From NCBI GenBank assembly GCA_030265395.1, contig JARFYF010000059.1:20140476-20204475 (forward strand): a stretch of DNA of 64,000 bases, read 5' to 3'. Position 1 is the stretch's first letter. The number at the start of each line of letters is the position of its first letter. Made by a program: the position numbers and the translations under genes. The notes under the pieces are model-generated. The model saw only the letters and a list, made by a program, of their open reading frames with translations. It did not search any database and was not told the DNA's origin. Shown piece by piece: positions 39,621 to 53,299 of this stretch. Source of the DNA: Rhina ancylostomus (taxonomy: Eukaryota).

Positions 39621-40699
39621 TCCCTTTATTGCACTGGGAGTACTACACAGCAATAACACATTGTGCCAGTTAGATTCCTATATTGCAACAGTGACCAAAC
39701 TTTACAATAAAATGTTTAATTGTTTGTCTTTCGTTGCTTAACATTATAAATGCAAGTGTATCGGTGCTTGCGTTGTGCATGGAATCTATCTACCAACAAG
39801 GAGTAAAGTGGTGATATTATCAAACCCTTCAAATTCTCTCTTGGACAACTATAGGAAGCCTCAGCTGAATATCAATTAGGAGCTAGGATCCTAATCTTTT
39901 CTACTTCTTTCCCCTTGCAACGTGAAGCTAATTCTAGTGTCCTCACCGCTGACCCCGGTTTGATCAATTATCTCTGCACAGAGCAGGGATCAGATCTGCT
40001 ACAGATTNNNNNNNNNNNNNNNNNNNNNNNNNNNNNNNNNNNNNNNNNNNNNNNNNNNNNNNNNNNNNNNNNNNNNNNNNNNNNNNNNNNNNNNNNNNNN
40101 NNNNNNNAGATCTGCTACAGATTTATGCTGCAATCTCATGTACATTGAGGACAAGATCAAACGACTGGAAATCAATCCACTATCAATACCTTGCTCCTCG
40201 TGAACCCAAAATCTGAAATGGCATGACTGACTGTTTATAAATAGCTTTAGCTCTGGCAACGATTGAATAAAGGAGGATCTGTTGGCCTGTCTCCCTTATC
40301 CATTCAAATACTATATTCTGATGGGTAAGCTAACCTAGTTTTTTTTAAAAGAAAATAAGCTACATCAACTGCTTATTTTTATATATAATTCTTCAGCCAG
40401 TTCACTGCTAATTTTGCAGTTTGCTCAGGGGGGTGGTCAACATTCATCTTAAGTCAGCAAATCATGCTTTGAGCGCAGATGGACAAGGATTGCAGCAGGC
40501 AGACAAGAGGGTGTTCAAAATGGTCATTCCAGGACCTTGGGTTGCAGTCTTTGCCTTGGATGCAGTAACCTTGAGTTCATCCCTTAGCACATGCCTCTGC
40601 AGCTTAGAGTGTGCAGCTTAAGTTCATCCCTTAGCACATGCCTCTGCAGCATTCAGTTACGGATACGTAGCATGATGTGCTGAATGCACTCCATCCTGT

Positions 40700-41590
40700 A
40701 TCTCCAGATGAAATTGAAGATGTCTTGGGTGCCTGTTATGATGCAGGAATGGAGTATGGGTCACATTCTGTGCCACATACAACACTATTAAGAGCAACCC
40801 ACACCTGATGACCAGGTTCTTTCCTACCATTGAGAGGAAGTGCTACTCCACAATCCCAGATTTTGGTTAACCTTGACTATCCACTCCAACTAATTCTTGC
40901 TGTACACTCTGGCTTCTCCAGACCAGATCCCCAGTACCTTCAGACTTCATGGTGATGGGAATGGAAGATCAGTTGGGCCAATTGCCAAAGAGCATGGCCT
41001 TGCTCTTCCTGAGGTTGACTCTAGCTGGTCACAGGTGCTAATCAACTTGCGGACTGACTATGGATCTGAGCAGAACGTGATGCCGTCATCCATGCAGAGG
41101 AAGGCTTTGATCGGGCTNNNNNNNNNNNNNNNNNNNNNNNNNNNNNNNNNNNNNNNNNNNNNNNNNNGATGTCTTGCACCTTTCTTGATGGATTCGGCAA
41201 AGGGTTCAATACAACAGACAAATAAGACAGAAGAGTTAGCAGCCTTGCCTGACTCCAGGTTTGAGGGGAATGCTTTCTATTCCCCACCTATTAACTTGCA
41301 CTGCACTACTGATGTTGGTGTAGAACAGTTGGATTCAATTCTTGATTCTCTCACCAAAGGCCCATTTTGGAGAGCACATCCATGTGTGATATTCTGTCAA
41401 AGGCCTTCTGCTTGTCCAAGCTGCTGATGTAGGTGTCCAAACCTCCTGTCCCACATGTAGCCAGTGGTATCCCTGAGCACTGCAAAACTGTCAGATTTGC
41501 CAACCAGGTATGGCACATGTTTGTTCCAGTGGATCACCTGTTCTTGGAATAGTTTTGATTCAATTGATGATGACCTTGGACAGGATCTTG
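40700..41590 (-). mobile_element. Tx1/L1-clade reverse transcriptase fragment, degraded
   Basis: Minus strand gives, with frameshifts, QVIH...SDSFAVLRDT, SLDKQKAFDRISH, DVLSKMG, IQLFYTNISSAV and GVRQGC. Confidence 0.8.
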
Positions 41591-42163
41591 GACTGATGTA
41601 CATGTGACTAATAAAGATATCTTTTCTCTTGTAAGATTGCGTGGCTGGCAAGGTGAAGGGAACGTGATGTGTTGCTGCAGTGCATCCTGTACATTGGACA
41701 AACTAAATTAGCCGTGTCCTCACCTGATATGCATACACATAATAAAAGTCAGGATTAAGGACCTGGAATATTTCTGCCATATTTTTCTGTTCCCTAACTC
41801 AAGATTAAATTATCTATTATTATCCCACTAAATAGGGACAACAATGAACAACTGTCTGAAAACAAAATACAGATGTTTTGTGGATCTCCCTATGTCTATA
41901 TGGATCATTTGGTAAATTTTCTCATGGTGTTTTATCTTACTTATTAACTTGTTTTGCCCGAGCTGAATCACAGACCATTTTATCCCCCAGAATAAACTTA
42001 GAGGTATCATTTTTATTCTCATTTTGTATTCTACAAAATGTGGAACTACATAGAGAGGTCCTTNNNNNNNNNNNNNNNNNNNNNNNNNNNNNNNNNNNNN
42101 NNNNNNNNNNNNNNNNNNNNNNNNNNNNNNNNNNNNNNNNNNNNNNNNNNNNNNNNNNNNNNN

Positions 42164-42237
42164 CAGCATGGAATCCATGTGCTGGACAACAAGGCATTAA
42201 TGGAGCCAAATGAGGGCCAGAACTCAGAACCATGACA
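42164..42237 (+). mobile_element. Right end (..CTCAGAACCATGACA) of the TGTCA/TGACA element family
   Basis: Near-identical to 43697-43771 and 60549-60621; the left part is in a gap. Confidence 0.8.
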
Positions 42238-42396
42238 GCATCCTCATCAAATGTGAAATCAAGGGTAGGTTTTCTGTCCATTGTCTGTGACCAGGTGAAA
42301 ACTTAAGATCCTTGAAATACCGTGCTATTGCACACTTAAATATATTCTCTCCTGGGATCCCTCGTCTGTCGAGCTCCCCTGTTCCTCCTTCCTATG

Positions 42397-42670
42397 TTGT
42401 GGTTAGCGTAACACTATTCCAGCACCAGTGACCTGGGTTTAATTCCTGTAAGGAGTTTGTATGTTCTCCTCATGTGTGCGTGGGTTTCCTCCAGGTGCTC
42501 TGGTTTCCTCCCACATTCCAAAGACGTACAAGTTAGGAAGTTGTGGGCATTCTATGTTGGTGCCGGAAGCATGGAGACACTTGGGGGCTGCTCCCAGAAC
42601 ACACTACGCAAAAGATGCATTTCACCGTGTGTTTCGATGTACATGTGACTAATAAAGATCTTATCTATCT
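42397..42670 (+). mobile_element. V-SINE (HE1-like), second copy
   Basis: gtggttagcgtaacactattccagcaccagtgacctgggtttaattcc, V-domain, and the same tail as 7936-8390 (gatgtacatgtgactaataaagat). Confidence 0.88.
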
Positions 42671-43170
42671 CCCTGCATTCTACCTATTTTTAAATTTAGC
42701 ATCACATTATTGCTTCCTCGCATTTTCTCCTAGTTTTTTTTTGCTCTTCATTGTGTCCTATATCACAACCTTCGTGGTTCACCTATGACTTGAAGCTTAA
42801 TTATTAACAGTAATCTGAAACTGTTCATAGATGTTAGCAGCCCGGAACAATTCTGATAAAAGAGATTAGGCCGGCTTGCCTTTGTTGATAATCCACATGT
42901 TAACGTTAATGGAGGGCAGGCTGACCCAGAGAGAAACAGGTTGTCTCAAGCAATGAGGGAAGTCAAATCCAAGAAGCCTAAGTTATAACTAAATCTACTT
43001 GGTTTGTACTCTAACTTGTTTTACTTGTAACTTTTTTTTTACTTTGCCACGTGGATATTTTGTTTCTGTTTTTTTTAAGACTTGGTGCAAGTAGAATTGA
43101 ACTAATTGGAATGACTTAAGCCAGTTGCCCAACTATCATTAATTTTAACTCTTCATTGCTTTGTTTTAGG

Positions 43171-44200
43171 GAAATCTGGGCTTATGCACTTTGGTAGGAA
43201 GAATAAAGGTGTAGGCTATTTTCTAAATAGGGAGAGAATTCAGAAATCGAGGTGCAAAGGGACTTGGGAGTCCTAGTTCAGGATTCATTTAAGGTTAACT
43301 TGCAGGTTGAGTCATTAGTAAGGAAGGCAAATGCAATGTTAGCATTCATTTCAAGAGAACTAGAACATAAAAGCAAAGGTGTAGTGCCAAGGCTTTATGA
43401 GGCATTAGGACATTTGGGATATTGTGTGCAATTTTGAGCCCTGTATCTGTCACAATGTTGATCCAGAGCAAACTCACAGAGAACCCAAATGCAGCACACT
43501 GATACAAGACTGGAGTCAGNNNNNNNNNNNNNNNNNNNNNNNNNNNNNNNNNNNNNNNNNNNNNNNNNNNNNNNNNNNNNNNNNNNNNNNNNNNNNNNNN
43601 NNNNNNNNNNNNNNNNNNNAACTAGTGCCAGAGAAACACAGGTTCTTATGCTAGGCCCCTGATGGGGCTCAGGTGTGCCCAGTTGTCTAATCAGTCTAGC
43701 ATGGAATCCATGTGCTGGACAACAAGGCATTAATGGAGCCAATTTGAGGACCAGAACTCAGAACCATGACAGTATCTAAGGAAAGATATGCTGGCCCTGG
43801 AGAGGGTCCAGAAGAAGTTCACAAGAATGATCCCAGGACTGAGAGACTTAATGTATGAAGAGCATTTGATGTCTCTGAACCCTATACTAGATAGAATTCA
43901 GAAGGATGAGGGGGATCTCATTGAAACCTACTGGATACTGAAAGGCCAGAATAGAGTGTACATGGAGAGGATGTTGCCATTAGTAGGAGAGTCTAGGACT
44001 TGAGGGCAAAATCTCAGAATAAAGGGATGTACCTTTGAAACTGAAATGAAGAAGAATTTCTTCACTCAGAAGGTAGTAAATCTGTGGAATTCATTGTCAC
44101 AGAGGGCTGTGAAGGCCAAGTTGTTGCATGTATTTAAGGCAGAAATTCATAGGTTCTTGATTGGTAAGGGGGTTCAGGGTTTTGGGGAGACTGGGGTTGG
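43171..44200 (+). mobile_element. CR1 3' portion interrupted by a younger element
   Basis: Peptides QRDLGVLVQDSFKVNLQV, KANAMLAFISR, LALERVQKKFTRMIPGL and NFFTQKVVNLWNSL. Confidence 0.92.
43448..43771 (+). mobile_element. TGTCA...TGACA element with 5-bp TSD GTATC (solo-LTR-like or Ginger-like)
   Basis: TSD at 43443-43447 and 43772-43776. Removing the element and one TSD restores the CR1 sequence ...ccctgtatctaaggaaagat. Confidence 0.85.
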
Positions 44201-45569
44201 GGAAAAAAACATTTCATGTTGCCTATTGGTGAAATTAGAGCTTTTGCAGGACTGAAATACCTGTGGAGGGACTTTAATGATCATCAGTCAAGGGAGCAAC
44301 AGGGTCTGTCAAGAGTTAAGCTAACAATACACAGCCTCTGAATGGGATGGCCCAAGCTTTGAGTTGAAAAGTTTTTTCTCAGTCAGAGCTGATATTTTCA
44401 AATCTAATTTTGTCCCAAAACAAACTCTTGATGCGTGGACACTGCCATTGGCGAACAAATAGTAGAGTGGTCCCCTAACATGAAGAGAGAAAAGACATTG
44501 CCTGATGTAATATTAAACAATACAGACCAAAAAGATGCTTGGTACTTGAATTATCTTCTCCCTGCAGATTTGCATGAGGAGTGGCTCTATGAGTAAGGCA
44601 CTGTAGATATGCTGGCATCCCAAGAAAGGTGTGTCAGCATGAGTCATTGCCTTCAGGAAAGGTGGACCAAAGCATGGAAAACATAGAGCAAATTGGAATT
44701 GTAGTTCAATGTGTGGTACAGGATCAGTAATCACTTCCCTTTTTCTCACTCAGGTTCCAAAAATACTAACCTGCAGCATGCATTTGAAGTATAGTTCACT
44801 GATTTTCGTGAAGGTACAAATTTCACATTGGTTATCAGAAGCCTGTGAGAAGCTGCAACTTAATAGGACTTTCCAAAGGATTTCCACAACATTCTAATTG
44901 TTCTAGATCTAAAGTGAATGGATAGATAACTTTAATAAATAATCCAGTAACTTGACTAGACAAAATAGATAGTACTGTTATATATTATAGCCCTAGTGCT
45001 CCTCCAGTATTGATTTGTGCACTTATGGAACAGCACTTGATGTATTAACCATGCTGAAGTGCACCAGAAATAGAAGTGGAAGTGCATGTGAATAATGCAT
45101 TTGGATGGGAGACCCGTCTCTCTGAAACACAGCAAGCGTGCATTGTAGACAGAGCACATCTTTATGAGCAGCTGCACTTATAAAGGAAAATAAAATCACA
45201 CCATTGTGAACTATCCTGGGAGAGCTTGCAATGTAAAACATTGTTCACAGGCACTGGAAAAAAATAATAATTGTGTAAGCCAGTTCCACACAGAATTTAT
45301 TTTCAAAGTACAAGTCCTTCGTATGGCAGTTAATTTCTTAGTACTTGGATTGCTCATTACTTTGCATATGCCTCAGTGGCTAAGAAACCCTTGGAGAATT
45401 GCAGTGAGATTTATATTTTTCCATTTTTCCAGCAAGTTCATTTCTTTCCGTATATTTCCTTTGATCCTATTTTAGTTACCCTACATCCTAAGAACAGGCT
45501 AGGAGTCATTCCCTATTGATGGGTGACCAACTCTCTAGCCTCCACTAATGGTGCTATGTATCCAGCCAG

Positions 45570-45930
45570 TATTAACTGTAACTCAGTGTTAACACTTACA
45601 TCTCTCTCAAGAATGTCAAGAGTTCAAATCCCACATCAAAGACTTGAGCACAAAATCCAGGCTGACACTCCGATATTTTCTATGGGAGTGCCATACTTTC
45701 GAAGTGGGTGAGACATTAAACTGAGGCCCTGCCTTCTCAGGTGGATGTGAGGAAGATTTTGTGATCCTTCTTCCTGCTGTCATTTATCCCAGAATCAATG
45801 TTACTAAAACAATATCTTCTTGTTGTTTCTGGGACTTTGCTGTGCACAATCAGTAGCTAATTTCCCACAATATAGTAGTTATAATGTTTGAAAATAACTT
45901 TAAGAAGTTTTGATGCATTCTGAGGTCACA
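45570..45930 (+). mobile_element. Deu-SINE (SacSINE1/AmnSINE-like), degraded
   Basis: gttcaaatccca...gacttgagcacaaaatccaggctgacactcc...tgagacattaaactgaggccc...ctcaggtggatgt. Related copies lie near 12650-12960, 47000-47300 and 47400-47770 (minus strand). Confidence 0.7.
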
Positions 45931-48044
45931 AATGTCAGACATGAATTTGCCTTTTTAACTTTCTTCTTCTTTTCCTAAAGTGTGGCTATATAGCTTTGAG
46001 TCACATGGAACAAAAGACGCCTGATTAGAACAGCAGGCTGGACTGAGTTAGGGGCTCTTAATTAGATTGGTCACTGTGCGTGACTAAAAAAAATCCATCA
46101 CTGAATAACTGGATGCATTTGAAGTGTAGATGTAAATTCCACATTGGTTATCAGAAGCTTGTGAGACGCTGCAATTTTAATAGGGCTTTCCAAAGGATTT
46201 CCACAATATTCTAATTGTTCTAGATCTGAAGTTAATAAATAGACTCACTGCCTAGATTCAGTCAAAAAGATCACTCTGGAGGGCTGGCAATGCTAGTGAA
46301 ACTGCTTTGGAGGAGGAGAGAAATTAGACTCCATCCCTCAGTGACGGCATTTCAGAAGGAAAGGTCTGGCACCTCGTAGCTATTTACATCTGTACCACTA
46401 GCAGCCCTGCAGAGGTTCTTTCACAAGAGCCTGTTAACTTTAAAACTTCTGTTTTGGAGGATTAACAAATTTTGGGATCTGTGAATCTGGTCTGAATTTT
46501 ACTTGTATGCTCGCCCCCATTGAATTATGTATGAAGAATTTCAAATAGTTCTTGATGAATGCTGCTCTGCTGATGAAGGGAGTTTAAACAGTATTAAATA
46601 CAATAGGAGCTTCAGCAAGAGAACTGAAGGCAGCACATCTGTCTCCAGACAGCAGCAGCTCATAGACAGCAGCCACTGATACCCTCACAAGGAGACAAGA
46701 GATGCTGACTGTGTCAACAGTCTGCCAAAACATACTTGATCGATCTTTTTGCTGGCACAAACCTGTACTTAGGTCTATAGCATGAGGCTGTTTTATAAAT
46801 ATTTTATGTAACTTAAAATAATGGAGCACTTTAAATGGTGATGTGACTGTTTCAGGAACGAACACAGTCAAAGGAGCTGCAAGCAATTCCTGTCACAGTG
46901 ACAACAAGGTTATGCAGCACAATAGCTTTGATGCAAATGGCCCGCAGGTGTCTGCTTTGCTCAGTTGATAACACACTGATCTAAATATTGGTAGATAGTT
47001 GAAGTACCATTCTTAAACTCTGAGCACATAATCTAGACTGACAATCCAGAGCAATACTGACAGCCTCTAAATTGTAAAGGTGAAATGTTGAATTGAATCC
47101 TATTCTGGCTTCTCAGATGAACAGTGAAGATCAAAAAGTGCTAGTCAGTAAACAACTGGAATTTTTTCAATGTACTGGCTATTTAACTAATGTGGGTAAA
47201 ATGACTATCAGGTTGTCCTACAAAATTACAGTCACTGCACTTGAAAAATAATGTAGCATGTGCAAAGTGCATTAAGCCATTTCTGATAAACTATTACATT
47301 GAATGCTATTTTCCAGTTCAGAAGACACAGGGGCAAAGCCTTATATCCACTGAGCCAGGAATAGCAGGATGCCAAACTTGAGGGTAGATAGAAAGAACAG
47401 CTTTAAATAACACATTACAACCCTAGGCCATCCCAAACTATCTTTTATGTGTAGTTATTGCTGGTATGCAATACATACAACAGCCAAATTAGAAGTAACT
47501 TGCTGACTCAAACAGAAATTATACTAATGCTAGTTTAGGTTTTGGTGATAATATTGAACAGCTAAATGTTGGCAAGGCACTGGCAAGAATTCATCTGCTC
47601 CTCTTCAAAATATTTACATCATCTGAGAGATTAGGCAAGGCCTCAGTTTAAAGTTGCCTCTAAAAGACAGCAGCTGCAACAATGTAGTACACACTGAACC
47701 GTTAGCCTAAGAGTAAAACTTGAACCCAAGACTTTCTGATTCGAGGGTGAAACTGCTCCTATTGCACTATGACTGCCATCCATAAAGAACTCTAGACTGA
47801 GAAGAGTTCTGTGATTTTGATTATAGCAGTGACATAGGCAGAAATGAGGAAAGACCTGGTTATATAGGAGGCTGCATTGAAAATCCCCTGAAATAAGATG
47901 CAGAGATTGCATTGGAGAGTTGATCTGCTCCAAATCAATTTCTAGCAGCTTGCTAATTAATATAATTGCTTGAGTGACTGGTCATTTCAGCAGGAGCCCA
48001 AAGCTGAGAGACACTGGGACCACTTAAAGCTAACCTTATTTTTC

Positions 48045-48920
48045 TTCTATTCACATAGGGGATGTGTGTATCACAGCCAAGCCCAACATTTATTACCTTT
48101 TCCTATTAACCCTTGAGAAGATGGTGGTGAGCTGCCTTATTGAATTACCCCAGTCATTCTGCTGACAGTGCTCTCATGATGTTGTTGAGATGACAACTTC
48201 CAGATTTAGACCCAGTGATGGTGATGTGTCCTACTCTGGATGGCGTGTGACTTGGAAGGGAGCTAGGAATGAGTCATTCCCATGGATCTGTTGCCGTGGC
48301 TTTCTGAGTAGTATTGCAGATTTGGGAAGTGTTGTCAAAGAAGTTTTAGTAAGATGTTGTGATGCATCTTGTAGATGGTATACATTGTAATGATTTGTGG
48401 TTGAGGGAATGAAGAGAGATTGGGATGCCAGGCAAGCAGGCTGCTTTGTTTTAAATTATGAGGTGATTTTTTTTCGTATTGTTAGGGTTGCACTTAACTA
48501 GGGAACTGAATGGTATTCCGTCCAATGGACGAGTGCAATGAAGGTGATGAAAAGATTTTGGGGAGTTACATAATACCCAGTTTCTCACCTTACCTTTTAG
48601 CCACAGTAATTAAGTGGCAGGTCCAATAATGTTTCCCCCCTTCCCCCTCAGGATATTGGCACATAAATTTGGTGATGGTAAAGCCACTGAATGTAAAGGG
48701 CAGATGATTAAGCTTACACCTGGCACTTGGATAGCCCAAGCTTAAATATTGTCCAGGTCTTGTTGCTTGTAGCCACAAACTGTTCATTATCTGAAAAGTT
48801 GCAAATGGATCTGAACTCTCCAAACATTATTATGCTTCCCCATTTCTGATGCCACAAGAAAAATCACTGAAAAGGCAACTAAAGATTGTTGAGCCAAAGA
48901 CACTGCCCTGTTAAGCTTCT
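48045..48920 (-). mobile_element. Old LINE 3' portion (same family as 7320-9390)
   Basis: acatttattac...cccttgagaagatggtggtgagctgccttattgaa; colinear with 21720-22100. Confidence 0.65.
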
Positions 48921-51509
48921 AGAGAGCATCAAACATTTAAACAAACATTTAAACAAACATTGCAACAACCAGTAGAAATCTATCGGCAACTGACCTCAAA
49001 GTAATTTTAAGTTAAAGTAGTGGATGGAGCATCCTGCTGCCAAATGCATATGCAACCCTATATAATTATTAGAGGAATTTTGTTGCTGTTGAGCTCCAAA
49101 ATGAGAACACTGGTGTCAAATCAGTATCGCATGCTGATTGATTGGTATTACGATCTGCCAAATCTGCAAACTTGTGTTGAGTTTTAGCTGCCCATGCACT
49201 AGTGCTCCCACCAGTTTGGCATTTCTTTAGCTACACGTGTGCATGTATGCATTAAATGGAACTTAACAAATAACAGGTTGGGAGCAGGTCTGGCATTAGC
49301 AGAACCATGGGTATTGAAGTATATCTCAAATACTATGAATCCAGACCTGCAAATGATCTTCAAAGGGAAATAAAATTAACTTTTTGGAGTTCAGACTGCT
49401 GCTCCTGGGACCAGTTAGAATAGTATTGGAGTGCGTAAGTCACCATCTGCATGGGTGGAATTATCACTGGTTTGGTACCAAAGAAGCTTTCCCAAGTCAC
49501 ATTGCTACATTCAATGGCCATGCTAAAAAGTTCAAGTACTGACCACACAAAGCCAGGCAGGAGTCAAAATTGGACAGCAGCAATGCAACCATAGAGGTAA
49601 GGTCCTAGAGTGGAATTTGAGCCACAATCTTTTGACTCAAAGGGTGACCACCTGAGCCATGCTGGCACTGTGGAAACACTTTCAGCAACAGTAAAATGGC
49701 TCTAAGTTGCCTGCTACCATTGATCTGATGGAACATAGAACAGTACAGTACAGCACAGGAACAGGCCCTTTGGCCCACAGTATCTATGCCGAACACGATG
49801 TCAAATTAAACTGATCTTTGGACCTAGTGCACAAATGTCGTTTAACCAAAAAATGAACTGTTTGACTCCTCTACCCATTATCTGATTTTAGATTGTTCTG
49901 AGATCACTTGTGGTTGCATTTTTCTCTTATTGGCAGGATATGATGCTGGACCCTCTTGCTTGACTGAGTTGATTTGCTTTCTTCTTTACATAAATTTGTC
50001 CATAAATAAATAGATTTAACTGTTAGTAATTCACATTCAGCTTATCCACAGCAGATCTATGCAGCTGGTGAAGTTTGTGGGGGATGGTGTTTGTGGAAGG
50101 AATTCTGCTTGAAACCCAGTACCATTTCCCAAAAGAGAAAATCTGGTGCCTCAGTGCTCTGACATCATGAATGCTCACAGATTGATCCTGCAAGCCAGGA
50201 AAGAGAAGGCAAAGAGATGAAAGGCAAAGTCAGCCTTTCTCCGGTCGTTCCCAGTGATATCCATGGACTGGCCCTCAGGCAAACTGAGCTTCAGAGAACT
50301 CATTCATAAATAGCCTTGCCTGGGCGATGAACCACCAGAGACAACTTCTGTTCTAATCAACTTCAAAGGGGCACCCTAAAGATATGCTATTTTGATGTGT
50401 AACACTTATTACAAAATCTTTGACATTTTTGTTCATTGAAATGGAGTATTGTTTAATTATAACTGCTGGTAAATGGGTCCTTATAAATTACATATATATG
50501 TGTGCGCCAGAAACTGTCATATTTAAAGATCAGTTACATATTATAAAAAGGAATGACAAGTTGAAAGATCTAAGTTGTTCGTTGTCTTTTTAACTTCAAC
50601 CATTTTCTCTTTGCTGAGAATCTTGGCAACAAATCAGCCTTCTGAATGGTTAGTTTCCCATCCTTCTTTCACAATCTAGTAATCCATAAATTATATTCAA
50701 TAGTTCCTTGCCCACTAGAGAGCCAATCTTGAGGGAGCATATGTTGAGAATAGGGCTTTGATATAAAAATGACCATTCTCTGACCCAAGTTTTGTCTGAA
50801 CACAGGACTGAGGGTTCACCCCTCTCTTCAGTGTCCTAAGGGTTACGCATTCTAGCAGGGGTTGCTCAGCCATGATCAGTTGCTAACCTTGATTCAAGAT
50901 CATTATCCAGAGCCTGTCAGGCTAGTTCATGAATATGAGCAGCAAATTAGGTCTGAAGAGTGAGACGCACTGAGTGTGGTGGAAACAACTGATAAGAAAG
51001 CCTAACTATGTACAATTGACAGATAATTAAGGGGAGCATGATGTCTTGTAGTTTTATCTAATTTGAGTCTTTTTCTGCAGACTGAACAATTGACATTTGT
51101 ATTCTATGTTTATAGCAAGACCAAGTTGGGTACAAACTCAATTATAGACAATTCCAAAAGCCTTGTCTCATGTACTTTGAGTGAACTGATTACACAGGAT
51201 CTACTTAATTTGGCTAGGACATACGAACTAGAAAGATCTAAGGATGAGCAGGCTTTTAAGTAAATAGATTCAATGGAATTGCCTTTGGAGCTAAAGATCA
51301 CATCTTCCGGAGCTGATGTCTCTGAACGAGCCAGATGGTGTGGAAGAATAATGACATAATTAACTGTTCGCAGTTTAGAGGTGCTTACATTCAAATCCAA
51401 TTTATTTGCCACAAATGTGGGCACTTCCAATAGGAATTGTTTTGCCAGACATCACGCCTTCCATCAATGGAATTTATCTTTTAACCATTTGCATAAAATT
51501 TAATCTAAT

Positions 51510-51850
51510 CAGTCCTGATGGCTCAGTTGGCATCAATTTCCAATCAGTGCTGGGTCAGCTGATGCCAGCTATATACTTGGCCTCAGCTCCCCTCATTGGG
51601 TATGGGAAAAAAACGTAGCAATGTTGTAGTAGCTGCTTCTGATCACTATTCAGTGGCTTCAACCAGAAAGCATGAATGGATGTTGGGAATGGCGGATCAG
51701 GCTCACTTGTGATGCCCTTCTCTGTAAAGTAGCCCATTGACACTCATTGCCCAGGCTCACTCATAAAGATAGCTTATGTGGGCTCAGGTGTTGCTAATGC
51801 AGTAGAATTATAGGACAGAGAGTTTGGACACAGCAGCAGAGGAGTGAAAT
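51510..51850 (+). repeat. Unclassified old dispersed repeat (probable SINE)
   Basis: Motifs such as tcctgatc...tccagt...ctg...aag..tg...ggctca..tgtgatgccc recur near 6960-7260, 27660-28030, 31350-31620 and, inverted, 50740-50980. Confidence 0.45.
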
Positions 51851-53299
51851 ATAAAGATGACTTATTTTTTATAAATTATTAAAATAACAGTAGGCAGCTA
51901 TCCCAGACTGTTGAATTTCTTTTAAACGTAGAAGCAGAGAGGAACTTTGAGTGCTGACGAACATCTAAGGAGGCCATGGTAAGGTCTGAGCACATTTGCT
52001 GGTTTAGCCTGCCTTTAAAGGGGTTGAAGTATGTGCTGGGAATGGCCACTCTGTGGGTTGTTAAGGGTCTGATAACCATTAACCTTGCTGCAAGCTCGCA
52101 ACATAATGAGCTTATGCCATTTTGTTGGCTAACTCTTCTATTAATGACCTTCTGAACAATGAACAGGAGTAAAACGTCATTGTTGAAGATTTCTAGCATT
52201 ATTTAAATGTGCCATGCCCACCTTTTGCTCTTCACTTGCTGTTACAAGTTAGGGGACTTTCTGGAGTACTTTTGTTCTGGAAATTCTCTGAAGACATCAC
52301 TCAAGAGTATGGGCATTGTACCATCTTATTGGACATGCTGTAAGAATCACCAGGAGAAAGGGGGTGTTTGATGGCAATGATAAAAACAATTCACCTCAAG
52401 TCCCTTCTAATAATTGTATGGAATGCTTTAACTTTGTGTCTCCTATATTTCAACAGTTCTGCTAAGTCCTTCCTATCCATTCTATGTATTTAAGCCCCTC
52501 CTTAAATTTATACACTTCAATTATATTTCTATCAGCTTCCTCTGTTCCATGGAATTCAACCTCAGCCTATGTTCTCATAGCTAGAAATTGCCCAGTCTTC
52601 GCAATATCCTCATCAATTTCTTATGCTTTAGTATACAGTTTCACAAAACCTGTCTGTGTAAATATAGTCCTTAAATATAGCTGTGAAAATGAGTGGTTAC
52701 AATGGAACACAGACGCATTATTACTTAAACTGAAGACTTTGATCACTTTCATCATGCAGGAAAAAAATATCCAGTGTACTGGTGTACATAACAGTAATAA
52801 ACTTAAAAGTTACCAAGGATGTGACTAATGAACCTGTGGGGCTGAAAAATATGAGTTTAGCAAAAACCAGCTTAGCTGATGTTCCATTCAGCAATCACAT
52901 TCGTGATCCACAAACTGCCAAGGCCCAAAACTTTGGAATTTACTTCCTAAGTTTCTGTACCTCTCTACCTGTCTTTCCTCTTTTAAAACATTCCTTAACA
53001 AATTACAATCAAACTTTGAAACTGAAATATTGGAAAAATGGCCAAAGCTTTGATAACTCTCTCACGATGTGCCCTGGAATGTTTTTAAAGGCTTTTTGGA
53101 CTCTCCTGTAATTCCAACTGCTATAGTTCCTCCTGGTTTGTTTAAATGTGAAAATGAAAGTGCTTGCTTGGACTTTTAGTAAGTCAAAATAGATGAGTTA
53201 AAGCCATCTATTAAAATACTTAAGGAAGTCAAAAGTACATGTTAAGCATTTGTTCTCTATTATTACCAACATTACTTAAAGCCTGTGTTGCTCTTTTGA

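Noticed and set aside
39992-40124. agatctgctacagatt on both sides of a gap
   Set aside because: Cannot distinguish contig overlap from the TSD of a hidden insertion.
40574-40650. 30-bp direct repeat with a 17-bp spacer (CRISPR-like at a glance)
   Set aside because: Only two units, eukaryotic context and no cas genes; a simple local duplication.
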